Part shown: positions 27,744 through 39,100 of the stretch, piece by piece
Numbering within the stretch: position 1 is the first letter of the stretch
Layout: every line of letters begins with the position of its first letter
Source of the DNA: Phallusia mammillata
Lineage: Eukaryota
Direction of reading: 5' to 3'
DNA length: 64,000 nucleotides
Assembly (NCBI GenBank): GCA_965637545.1
Contig: OZ281495.1
Coordinates: forward strand, 27,590,001-27,654,000
Made by a program: the position numbers and the translations under genes
The notes under the pieces: model-generated
The model's input: the letters and a program-made list of their open reading frames with translations, nothing else
The model's database searches: none
What the model was told of the DNA's origin: nothing

Positions 27744-29487
27744 CCTTAGGGTAATAGTTTTTGTTCCGTGACGTCATAGTGGATAATTTTAGCTTTAAAA
27801 CAGGGGTAAAAAAGATTCGTTTGGGTATTGACACGGGCGACAAAAAAGTTAAGAATTACAGTCCGATGTCGTTCACTAAACTAAACCAGTAAAGCTTAGG
27901 AAATACCTAATAAGGGACAAGCAATTTTGGGCATGTACATCTACATACAGTACATAGCAACAAAACTAGGCAAAGTAATCACGGGCGCGTGCCGGTTTGA
28001 CAGGTGCAGCCAGTGACGACATAAAAAACACCGTAATCCGCCAGGACTTGCGTAAGACCTGCAGGTGCCCTTTGACAAACAGCCCTACGTGTTCCACACA
28101 GTTCATTGCATTTGGAAAACCAGGCGACACACAAACAATAGAGACAGGCGCCTTAGAACAAACTTCGACACTGATAAGTTTGTTTGCTTATGACGGGCCG
28201 TGTTGGGAAAAAGCATGCCAAGCATCGATGTAACCCAATTTTCGTGTCGTCCAGTACGCAAGGGGCCACTTGTATTGGATTACTGTTTGCATTGCTGAAT
28301 TAAATTTATATTGTCGTGTTTTATAGGTGAACCTGTGTTTATCATAATACGATTAAATAGCTGGGCCTGTTTAATTAAATTTTTTGCATCTGAATTTTTA
28401 TAATTTTATTTTTGCATATGAATTATTTAATTGGATTTCTGCATAGAATTTTTTCTAATTTTATTTTTGCACAGGAATTATTTCAAGGTTGTCGAAAGGT
28501 CACACTAGACAAAAACTAGTGACACGAACGCATGGCATCAACGTGTCACGCTACTTAAATTTGGCGCAACGAGCAATTGGCAAAACATCCCACTGTAAAG
28601 CAAAATTGAAAATTTAAAGCCAGTTTTATAAAATTTAATTTTAGCGATTCCATTCTGGCCGGCTTTGTTTTAGGTTGCATTTTCAGGCATCAAGGCTACT
28701 AGAAAAAAACTGTAAATGTTAACAGGTGAATTATTCGAGTTTTCTTCACAAAAGCATATTTCTGAGGCTTTCTCATTCCTCTAAAATCGAATTAAACGTC
28801 ACAGAGTATCGATTAATCAACTCAAATGAGGCGAGGAGGCCAGAACCCCGCGTACATACATGGGCGGCACAGGAAGGCATTCATTACAAGCCCTGTAACC
28901 GGTAAATTCGATCTCGTTTCTGCACACAATCAACGTGCCTCGACCTCGGCGAAAACACGAAACAAGGTTCCGATAGTGAGGCATAGAACCAGCTATTGGG
29001 GGAAACCTTCTGACGAGTTTTGATGGAATAACTTAATTGCTATAACAGGCGGTCGCCCGGGGTCGCGGAAAAAGAACGGGAGTGCTTCTACTCGCTGCGT
29101 ATACAGTGTAATGCGAGTCTGCGGCTTCCCATTTTCAGTCACAAGTAAGCCTTGCGCTATTAGTGTTTTCTGTTTTCGCCCTTGGGATAAAAAACACGGC
29201 TAGATTTTTCGTTGAACGCTTGGAAAAATAGAGGATGACGTGTTACAAATTAACTACGTCATGAATCGAGAAACTCTACTCATTGTGTAACGCACAAAAA
29301 ACACACAGCCTTATCAATAAAAAATGGGCATACAGCGGTCATTTGGAACTAAAAATCCACGTTGGGGTATTTTTTGACGGCCATCTACGTCAAGAAACTG
29401 ATAAAATTGGGACAAAACCCGCGTTCAGAAAATGGAACTTATATTGACGTGCATAAACGCAATTATTTTCCATTCATAAAACAGGAC

Positions 29488-29501
29488 GTTTCTATGGTAA
29501 C
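29488..29501. promoter_or_regulatory. RFX X-box in a CpG-rich putative enhancer
   Basis: GTTTCTATGGTAAC, with nearby TGACGTCA and CAGGAAGT/CTTCCGG motifs (about 29670-29780). Confidence 0.45.
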
Positions 29502-30857
29502 CGCACACCCATAATTCTGCCATTCAGTATCCCAATAGTTGGTGTGACCTTCCGACGACCTTTACTTAGAAACTCATAAGTTATGAATAGAAAAATAGTT
29601 TTCTTTGCACTGCCAGGCAACCGAAAATCGCTTCCGCGCTGGTGCTTGCAACCGACCCTGTGATGTAACGATGACGTCAGCTGCACAAATGACGCGCAGT
29701 GTAATAGAGAGCAACAGCATGACTGACACAGGAAGTTCGCGGAACGAAACGAACTTACTGGCAAAAAGGCTTCCTTCCGGGTGGTTAAAAATCACCGAAA
29801 CTGGATTTTGCGGTGGAATATTATGCACTGCTTAGAAGATTGGGCCTTGTTTGGTCACCACCCAAGGCAAAACTGCAACTGATCTTTAGCCCGAGTACTT
29901 GTGCGTATATAGAATACTTTAGGCAGATGCAACAGCGATTATTAAAACGTCTGCATGATGGCAGTTACGTTTTTGATGAAATAACTTTTCAAGTCCGTGT
30001 ATAGTGTTCTTAAGTCTTTCGCTATTATTTCAGAAGCTTTTTCAACGGAAAAAAAATCCTACATTCATATGTAATGACAGTACTTGTAAATGTAAAACAC
30101 ATTCAGCTTGTCGAAATTTAAAATGAATTTGAAGTGCTGAAAAATAGGTTGTCAACGTTTTTTCTCTCGTTTATCAAGTGGCATAGAAGTAACATCTACT
30201 ACCAAGTTTCTTTATCACGCTACTCAAACACACCCACCCAAAATAGCGTCTGTTCATATTTACTCCAACAACATAAAGTGAAATTTAGCCCTGGTTAAAA
30301 ACCCATAGTTGTTACATAACTAATTCGTCAATACATGGGCTGTGCAAAAACAGCCACCAGACAAGACGTTTGCATTTTTTTCCAGTACATTTAGTGGGTC
30401 ATTGAAGCCACATCGACCAATACATGCGACCTATTTTCTAAACATTAAGATAAACATGACAAAAAAATCTCATGTGAAAAGTGGACACCTGTTCTGATGC
30501 AACATTGTTACGACATCGAGGTGTTAAAAACACAAGCGTGGCCTGAATTTCTATGACTAAGCTAACGCCGCATATTGGCTGCCACAATGTTTCAAGGGCC
30601 GCCAGCATTTCAGGGTATGTGTGTTTTCTGACCGAAGTGCCACAAGACAATTGGCATGCTCCAACGTATGTTTAACGAAACTCGCCTCTTTACAAAAAAG
30701 TAGGGACATATATTCAGTTCTACAAATGACAAGAGACATGCGATTGCGCATTAAAATGGACACAAATTTATCTTTGAAATCGTGCAAATCTAAAAGTAGT
30801 TTTTAGTTACTCCTTTATTGTATTCCGGGTTACTATCGACATGGTCCCCAACATAAG

Positions 30858-31004
30858 TGTAGTGAATTTGTGACGTATTTATACGCTTGGGTGGTTTTCT
30901 ACTACGTAGTCTTTCTTGTACCTCTCCACCTTCTTGGAGGTCATTCTAGTTACGCGCGCGTGCTGTGCGGTTGTGCTTTTGGCTCCTGGCAATAAAACAC
31001 TACA
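30858..31004 (+). repeat. 5' LTR (147 bp)
   Basis: Base-by-base identical to 34016-34162; AATAAA near the 3' end. Confidence 0.98.
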
Positions 31005-32092
31005 TGGTGTCAGAAGTGGGATTCGAACCCACGCCTCCATTCGGAGCAATGAAGGACATTCAACTGGAAAGAACAAATGTGACTTTAATCGCTTATGGCG
31101 GATCAGTAATCCGCCCTGTTGGAAAAGTTAATTTAACATGCACGTACAAGAATAAAGAAATCACGGAAGTGTTTTACGTTGTCCATTCAAATTCACCACC
31201 AATTTTGGGGTTAAGACCAAGCATAGAGTTGGGCCTAATAAAAATACTGATGCAAATAAATAAAAATATTCCCTGTCAAACTCCCGACTATCTGTGTAAA
31301 GAATATTCAGATGTGTTTGAAGGTATTGGATGTTTTTCAGAGCCTTACCACATTATTTTAGACAACAGTGTTCAACCGTCCGTAAGTCCACCAAGACGTA
31401 TACCGTTTGCTATTCAGGAAAAAGTGAAAGACGAACTCGACTACTTAGTGAAAAAGAAAATTATTGAACCTGTATGTGAGTACACTGACTGGGTAAACGC
31501 AATTGCAGTTGTTAAAAAGAAAAATGGTAGTGTTCGCCTTTGTTTGGATCCACGTCCTCTTAACAGAGCAATCCAAAGAGAACATTATCAACTACCAGTT
31601 ATTGACGACATTTTTAGTAAATTATCTGGTGCCAAATACTTTTCGATATTAGACGCACGATCGGGCTATTGGCAAATTCCGCTCGACTCAGTTTCCTCAA
31701 AACTTACTACTTTTAACACTATTTTCGGAAAATACAAATTCTTAAGAATGCCATTTGGTCTAAAAATGGCCCAAGACGTTTTTCAACAGAGAATTGAACA
31801 AGCCTTGCATGGTTTACCCAAACAAGCTGCCATAATCGACGATATATTGCTATGGGCGGACACGTTAGATGAAGCAATAGATAACTTGAGACAAGTGCTG
31901 CAACGTTGCCGGGAACAAGGTATTAAACTTAATCTTGACAAATGCAAATTTTGCTGTCCGAAAGTAGAGTATTTTGGACATGTGATCGGCCAGAATGGCA
32001 TTCAGCCCAATCCGAAACGTATTGAGGCAATATCAAAAATGAAATCGCCAACATCCCTAAAGGAACTTCAGTGTTTTTTCGGGAATGGTTAA
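31004..32092 (+). pseudogene. pol: pol 5' part: C-terminal half of aspartic protease plus reverse transcriptase
   Basis: RT motifs DWVNAIAVVKKKNGSVRLCLDPRPLN, FSILDARSGYWQIPL, RMPFGL and IIDDILL. The protease D[ST]G catalytic motif is missing. The frame ends at a +1 frameshift near 32074-32084. Confidence 0.9.
31005..31046 (-). other. 42-nt reverse complement of the mature tRNA-Leu(CAA-type) 3' half, including CCA (extended PBS)
   Basis: The minus strand reads CTCCGAATGGAG-GCGTGGGTTCGAATCCCACTTCTGACA-CCA, i.e. variable arm, T arm, acceptor strand and CCA. No D arm or anticodon is present. Confidence 0.9.
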
Positions 32093-33947
32093 CTACTTGC
32101 GCAAATTCTCGCCGCAGGTTTCCGAAGAGACTTCTGTGTTAAGGCAATTACTCCAACACAAGCAGTGGTGCTGGGAAACAGAACACGAAACAGCTTTCAA
32201 CGCTGTAAAGAAACACGTTACTCAAACCGGTAAAGTACTTAAATTTTACGACTCTAATTCGCCATTAAAAATTCAAGTGGATGCATCGCAACATGGTTTG
32301 GGCGCTGTCTTGTTACAAGACAATGGTCCTGTCGAGTATGCATCCCGAGCATTAAGCGAAACTGAACAAAAGTACGCACAAATTGAAAAGGAAATGCTAG
32401 CAATAGTTTTTGGGTGCGCAAAGTTTCATCAATATATATATGGCCGACATTTTTCAGTTGAATCCGATCACAAACCTTTGGAAATCATCTTCAAGAAACC
32501 GATTTCGACAGCCTCTGCTAGACTGCAGCGAATGATGATAAAGATTCAAGATTACGATTTTGCTGTTTCGTTTAAACCTGGAAAAGATATCCCGATTGCA
32601 GATGCCCTATCTCGAAACCACCCTCAAAACAGTGACGAATCGGACCAATGTGACAACAATTTGCATGTTAATTTTATAGATTTGCCATCAGATGGGATTC
32701 ATGATCTCAAAGAAATTCAACGCGCTGTTGAGATGGACCCATGTATGCAAATGCTTAAAAGGTATATTCTTCACGGTTGGCCCACCGCGCGAAATTCATG
32801 CACTCCGCAGACACGTGATTTTTGGGGATTTCGAGACGAACTGTCTGTAACAGAAGATGTCCTGTTAAAAGGTGAGAGAATCGTTGTTCCTTCGTCTCTG
32901 AGACAACTTGTCACAAAACGCATTCATGGTGGACACATGGGAATTGTAAAGTGTACAGAAAAAGCACGAGATTTGTATTTCTGGCCCGGAATGACAAATT
33001 GCATCCGTGATTACATTGCCAAATGTAAAGTTTGCCAATTGTTTCAAAATAAGCACCCAAAAGAACCCTTAGTCAATCATGAAATACCTAGGACGCCATG
33101 GGAGCAAGTCGCTATAGACCTATTTCAATGGAATGGAAATGAATATATAGTTGTAGTGGACTATTACAGCAAGTATTTTGAAGTGGTTTTGTTGACAACT
33201 ACAACTAGTCCAGCTGTAGTTTCTCATTTAAAATCTTTATTTTCAAGGCATGGGATTCCGAAGGTTATCATATCAGACAATGGTCCGCAGTTCAACAGTC
33301 AAAACTTTAAAGATTTTTGTACAAATTGGAACATATTACATAAAACATCGAGTCCATTATATCCACAATCAAACGGTTTGGCCGAGAGAACTGTACAAAC
33401 TGTAAAACGTTTGTTAGATAAAGCCTTCAAGTCTAATGAAGACCCGTATTTAAGTTTTTTGCAGTACAGGAATACGCCGATCGGAAACGAAGGCTCGCCA
33501 GCGCAATTGCTGATGGGGAGAAGATTAAGAGAATTGTCACCTATGACATCCAGACATCTTGAGCCAAGGACTGTGCCTGTATCAGTCGCACAACAATATA
33601 TGCGTGAGAGGCGGAACCAACAGAAGAAGTATTTTGATAGAGGTGCTCGACCACTTCCACCACTTCAAACTGGAGACAAAATCTATCACCGACGTGACAT
33701 AAATCTAGAACCGGCCACTGTTATCAAAGCCTCTCACAAGCATCGTTCTTACATCATCAAGGATAAAAAAGACGATTTGCTCAGGCGAAATCGACGGTTT
33801 CTGTACAAGGCTCGGTTTGAGCCCATTATCCCTCACACAGAAGATGTCGAAAGAAATGATGACGCTCGGAGTGCTTCACTGGAAGGTTCAACATACCACA
33901 CTCGGTCTGGTCGGACTATACACGCACCGCAGCGATTTAGCGAATAG
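32085..33947 (+). pseudogene. pol: pol 3' part: RT thumb/connection, RNase H, integrase (HHCC + DDE), no chromodomain
   Basis: RNase H: VDASQHGLGAVLLQ, IEKEMLAI, SDHKPL. Integrase zinc finger: HGGHMG..CKVC. Catalytic core: VAIDLF, ISDNGPQF, NGLAERTVQ. Confidence 0.93.
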
Positions 33948-34015
33948 TGTTACGTATTTTTCGTTTTGTCTATTATTGTTATGTTTGTATTTACAATCTT
34001 TCTGAAGAGGGAAGA

Positions 34016-34162
34016 TGTAGTGAATTTGTGACGTATTTATACGCTTGGGTGGTTTTCTACTACGTAGTCTTTCTTGTACCTCTCCACCTTCTTGGAGGTC
34101 ATTCTAGTTACGCGCGCGTGCTGTGCGGTTGTGCTTTTGGCTCCTGGCAATAAAACACTACA
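34016..34162 (+). repeat. 3' LTR (147 bp)
   Basis: Preceded by the PPT, followed by TSD ATAAG. Confidence 0.98.
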
Positions 34163-35838
34163 ATAAGGACAACCGAAAAATTAAACTTTCATACGAAACG
34201 AAACAAACTTTTTTGAACAAATCTTTGCATTTATACGACCCTAACATATCACATGCCATGTTTTTTTAGCCAGAAACAATCTATACCAGCAACTCTTTGT
34301 TCGTAGAAAATGTACTTCGTGCATCTCACGACAGCTCAAGTTTTGGTTTACTTTTGCTTGTAGCAGGAACTTGACATGTAATTGTTAAAAAAAAACAAGA
34401 ACATTTCTTAGAAATACGGATAATAAATTTTTCTAAGACGTTGTCCTTTAAAATAAGGACAAATCTTAGAAATAAAGACGGTATGGCAACCCTGAGTGTA
34501 TTGCTTTTTTAACAGTTGCCGAATCTTAGTTCAGTAACTGTAAAAGGTTGAAAAGCGTTGCGCAATAGGATTTTAAAAAGTACAAATTCCTCACTAGTTT
34601 GTGAAAATAATTATTTTTAAAGGCATTATGATTTTTTTATGACGAACTGCTTTCATTTAGTGAAAAAGCTATGGTGCGTGAAAGTTCAATACCGTGCGAA
34701 AAATCTCACACTATATATCAGCCTAAAATACTAGGTACTGGTAACATGGTGGAAACGGTAGCAACTCTATTTTGAAAAGCAACCGACGCTATAAACAAGC
34801 AAAAATTATAGCTTTGCAATCTTTGTTAACGATTATTTTTCGCCTTTGCGGTAAATTAAGAAACCTGTTCTAAATTTAAAAACCGAATTCTATATTTAAC
34901 AATAGAGTAGGTTACTGTGCCAAAGATGTGACTTCAAAACTGTTTTAATTCTGTGTCAAAAATAGAAATGAACGCAAGATGTGCAGAAAACAATATATTT
35001 TTAACATACAGTAAGACTTTATGAACAGATTTTAACACGATTTTGTGGGTTTTCTTAAACGGATCTGACCCTAAAGTCAAGTATTGTCGGCGAATTTAAC
35101 TGACCGGACCGCAATTTTAGTGAGCTTTACGTCAGGACTGTTACGTCAGAAACCAGGCCCGAGGGCTTTAAGTTCTATATATCCGCCGTTTGCCGGAAGA
35201 AACTGAATTGGACTTCTAAAAATCTAAAATTACTAGGTTGTTAAATTTTGGCCCTCACATACCTTTAAATAGCAACACAACTTATTTTTACAAACTGGAG
35301 CCACTGCAATTCATTTTGGCTCATAAGGCATGTTTGTATGGTTAAGTGTACGAAACCATTAGACGCATTGTGTACATTCGTCATTTTTCACCACAGCCTA
35401 AAATTGAAATTTTTTAACACACCATCTACGCAAGTGGGTCCAAAGTGCGTATATTTAGCATCGCTAAAAAATTGGGTGAGCTATTTTCGTGTGTTAAGTC
35501 GGTTTTGGTGGCAACAGTCGATTTTGTAATAAATGTGTGTTATGGCAATATGCAAATGCACAATGGATAAAAATTAACCGAAAATGCTTCCTTACTTCAT
35601 TTCCATATCTCGACCGCCAGTTTATATTGAGGGGAATTACTAAAAGACACGAAGGTTTCCTAAGATTTAGTAAAGGACAAAATAAGCAATTAACGTAAAC
35701 TGATTTAGCAATAGCACAGGACTGACGAATAGGAACAGGCCAAAACGTTAAAAATCCCACTTTTCAAATATACCAGCGTTTTTATGACAAAGCAAAAATT
35801 TAAAAAGTCCGTTGCTATCCGAAACGCACAACATTCAA

Positions 35839-36125
35839 GTTGCCATGACAACCAAACCCGCATGAAAACATTATTGCGCTACTATGACAAAGTAAAACAA
35901 GAATAGCTCACAAGAAAATCGGTCCGTATCTGAACACACACAAACTGGATTGCCATAGCAACGACCTTTTTTTGGGTTGCCATATAAACCGAAACCACAC
36001 CATCATTTCAGCGTTCACACCAGTGCATATAAAATCGAAAATGTATATGATGCAAAAAAACAATAAAATGAAAAGCCACGCGTGAATCAGCCAGTCACAG
36101 CGCAGATCTGAGTTGCTATGACAAC
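35839..36125. promoter_or_regulatory. Cluster of three RFX X-box motifs
   Basis: GTTGCCATGACAAC at 35839, ATTGCCATAGCAAC at 35949, GTTGCTATGACAAC at 36112. Confidence 0.65.
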
Positions 36126-39100
36126 CGTAGTGTTTGTTTTTGCAACAACAGGCACGGTGCTTTCCAGGATGAGCAAACAAACAAAAGTAATTTGCTTAAC
36201 TCTAAAACAAACGCAATTTGCATTGATTTTGCATCGCGTTTTGGCGTTGACCTCTAGGTTACAAACAAAGCTGTTTACGTTTACGGGACTGAAATTAAAC
36301 TGCAAATTTCTGAAGGTCATTGAGGTAAAATATTCTGATGCTCTTTGTATTGATTTTGTACACAGTGTGTACTTTGTATGATCTACGGTTTATTTGGTTA
36401 CGCTGTGACAACGTTAAGGTTAAAAATATTAAATACATAAATAGTAATAAACATCAATGTACTGTATTGGCATTTGCTTTGAACCAACCCACCGCGAAAT
36501 GAACTGCGGCTTTCGGCTCAAATCGACATATTGAAACTCAAGCCATTTCGATGTATCTGATCATCGTATGTTTTTGGGCCCGTTGGTGTACGTGACATAC
36601 TGAACATAAGTTACTGTGGCCAATACGCCAACACATGGTTAGTAATGTATAGATGGCTACTCATGTATGTTCACGCTTGGTTTCTGTCATATGGGCTTCA
36701 ACAAAACAAAGACTTTGGTTTACAACTAAAAGGTAATGAACTGATTTTTTGTGGTCCATAAAAACATTTTTTGTGAGGTTCGAACCCACGACGCTATAAA
36801 GATACGAATTTAAATCATTTTTTTGCGTATGTATATGGGTCAAGCGCACTGGGTTAATACTGATGGGCCAAGACATAGTTTAACAGGCAAAACATTAATT
36901 TAAATTTCTCTTTAGGTCGAAAAACCCTTATTCAACGGGTGGCTCCAAAATACGCAAAATACGGAATCTAGAAATAAAACTTAAAAATGCTGACAGCAAG
37001 GGCTATTATACGGCCAGGTTTGTAAACACTATATAATTCAACTTTATTTTCTTACAAGCGTTAACTTGCGGTACTATATGATGTGTTCACAAACCCTCAC
37101 CCCGACCATAAAAGCCCTAACCGTAAACATTTAAAAAAATTCCGTACGTTTTATAAGTAGATTGCGTATTTTGGAGGAGGCTTTATTCAACGGGCGGCTT
37201 TTTTGTACATCCCTGCCCTTTCAATCAACCAAGGACTTGTACGTCAAATGAAAATGTACGTCAAATGCACCACCTGTTGTAGCAGATGTACGCGGTAGGA
37301 CAATCATAAGTGTGCTTGTTTTAGAGGGCAGCAAAAATGGTTCTGCCAAAATGAGTTGCAACAACTGTAAAGGATTATAGCCATGCTGTTTGTTGTTTTA
37401 TGGAAGCGCAATGTTTAACTTTAAATGCCCACCATGTTTTGGTTTGAGCTTAAAATACGCTGCCAGAAGCGTCGAAGCTGACATGTGGGTTTATGTGCAA
37501 TACGACCAAATCTGACACAACATGACTTGCTATTCGAATGATTGTCAGCGTGAAAATTGGGGATAAACATACAATCCAACACTTGCGCGAGAAATGCAAA
37601 ACAATACCCTAAAATTGAGAAGTAATTTTTTAAATGACAAACAGTTTATTTTGTTTATTAGCATCACATTAGCAATTAAAGCTGTAATCCACTTTTTCCG
37701 TAATGCGGTGCATGAAACGTAGGCCTTACTCGATACGGTGTTACGAAGAAGCAGTGTTAACCACAGTCGGAAATGTTAGGTTATGTTTGATATAGAAGGG
37801 GCCGTAAATACATTTGGTAACTACATAATTGCAGTTGTCTATAATTCAAACAGTTAGCTTACAACAAAATATTTAGTTATTTTAGCTTTATGTGAGCATC
37901 CATTCACCTGGAAGTCTTACCAAAAAGCAGTGTACTACGCATAGGCCTATACGTATTTGAAACTTAGCAGCCATACGCCCGACAGGATGTTGGCTAGTGT
38001 TAAGTTACGTTAAGCAACAAAACACCGTCAGTTGCAAACACATTTCCCCTCCTTTACCCACGAATACGATATACCGCATAAAGTTCCACAGGAATTGGTA
38101 TACTCATTCGCGCAAGCTGTTAACCGTACAACCGATAGGCTATGTCTAAAACTAAAGCACAGCATGAACGGTTTAATTTCTTGAGAGAAAACTGCATTTG
38201 GTTGTAGACGGGAATTTTTATAATTATGGTTGTTTAAGAAAAGTACATAAAGTTGCACAAATTGTGAGCCATGTTCGTGCATGCATCTAGCCGTATATAC
38301 AGCCGGTAGGCTATCTAAAACTATAGACCTGTGTGCCCGGTTTAAAAATCAACAACAAACTACCTTTTGTGCCTTGAAGGGGGCACATTCATACAATTTA
38401 TACAATTCCCATCATACAATTGTTTAAAAAGGGTGCATACTTTAAGTGTCTGGTAACACCTTTGATAATATAGGTAGCCCCCTGCGAGATACTTGCAACG
38501 CTCAACGGAGTGTCTTTTCAAACAATTTTAAAGCAACGTGTTCACTGCAAGTTCATTAACTAAATTGTCAAAAAATTGCAACAAGCCGATTTTTAGAGCA
38601 GCAATCAACTGTGTGCAGCAAGATGGCGTTTTTGACGTTTCCGTTTAACACGACTCGGATTGCAGGATAAACTTGTGGTCCAGGGTTCGTCTGACTTGAA
38701 CCACGAGTTTTACATCAATCTCATAAAAAATATTTTTTTAAAACCGAAGCGCAGCAAATGGCAGAGGTATATTGAAAAATTGGAAATTACAATACCGTGT
38801 TAGGGGTCTTTGTAACTGAACCACCAACATAACAAGTTGTAAAAAATATACATCAGATTCTTACTTAATACAAAACTAGCAGTATTGGCAATGTTGGAAA
38901 AACAGTCGAGTGTATAGCCATTGGTTTTCAGTTACCAACCAACCCAAATTTACTTGGCCTTTCCTACGCACAGTAGATACGCCCCTGTGGCAACCGTGGT
39001 CTTGTCGCCTTATTGACATTGCGTCATTAATAAACTAGAGATATTTACCAAGCCATAAATCTCACTTGGGATAAAACGAATCCAGATCAAATAGTGCTTT

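Larger units (their letters stand above)
30858..34162 (+). mobile_element. Ty3/gypsy LTR retrotransposon, gag-less, very recent insertion
   Basis: Two identical 147-bp LTRs (30858-31004, 34016-34162) with TGTAGTG...CACTACA termini. TSD ATAAG at 30853-30857 and 34163-34167. tRNA-Leu PBS from 31005; PPT GAAGAGGGAAGA at 34004-34015. Domain order is PR(partial)-RT-RNaseH-IN. Confidence 0.98.

Noticed and set aside
31005-31046. A tRNA-Leu gene
   Set aside because: Only the 3' 42 nt are present. They include the post-transcriptional CCA, lack the D arm and anticodon, and abut the LTR, so this is a primer copy.
32073-32080. T TTT TTC slippery heptamer as a programmed -1 frameshift in pol
   Set aside because: The downstream pol frame is +1 relative to the upstream one, so a -1 slip would not reach it. 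The site is also inside RT, not at a gag/pol junction.
30826-34494. Older GGGTT(G/A)C-terminal element hosting the gypsy insertion
   Set aside because: The putative termini (CGGGTTACTAT / ATGGCAACCCT) match only loosely and I found no TSD.
36770-36795. GTGGGTTCGAACC B-box (minus strand) as a tRNA or SINE
   Set aside because: No properly spaced A box and no cloverleaf; at most a SINE remnant.
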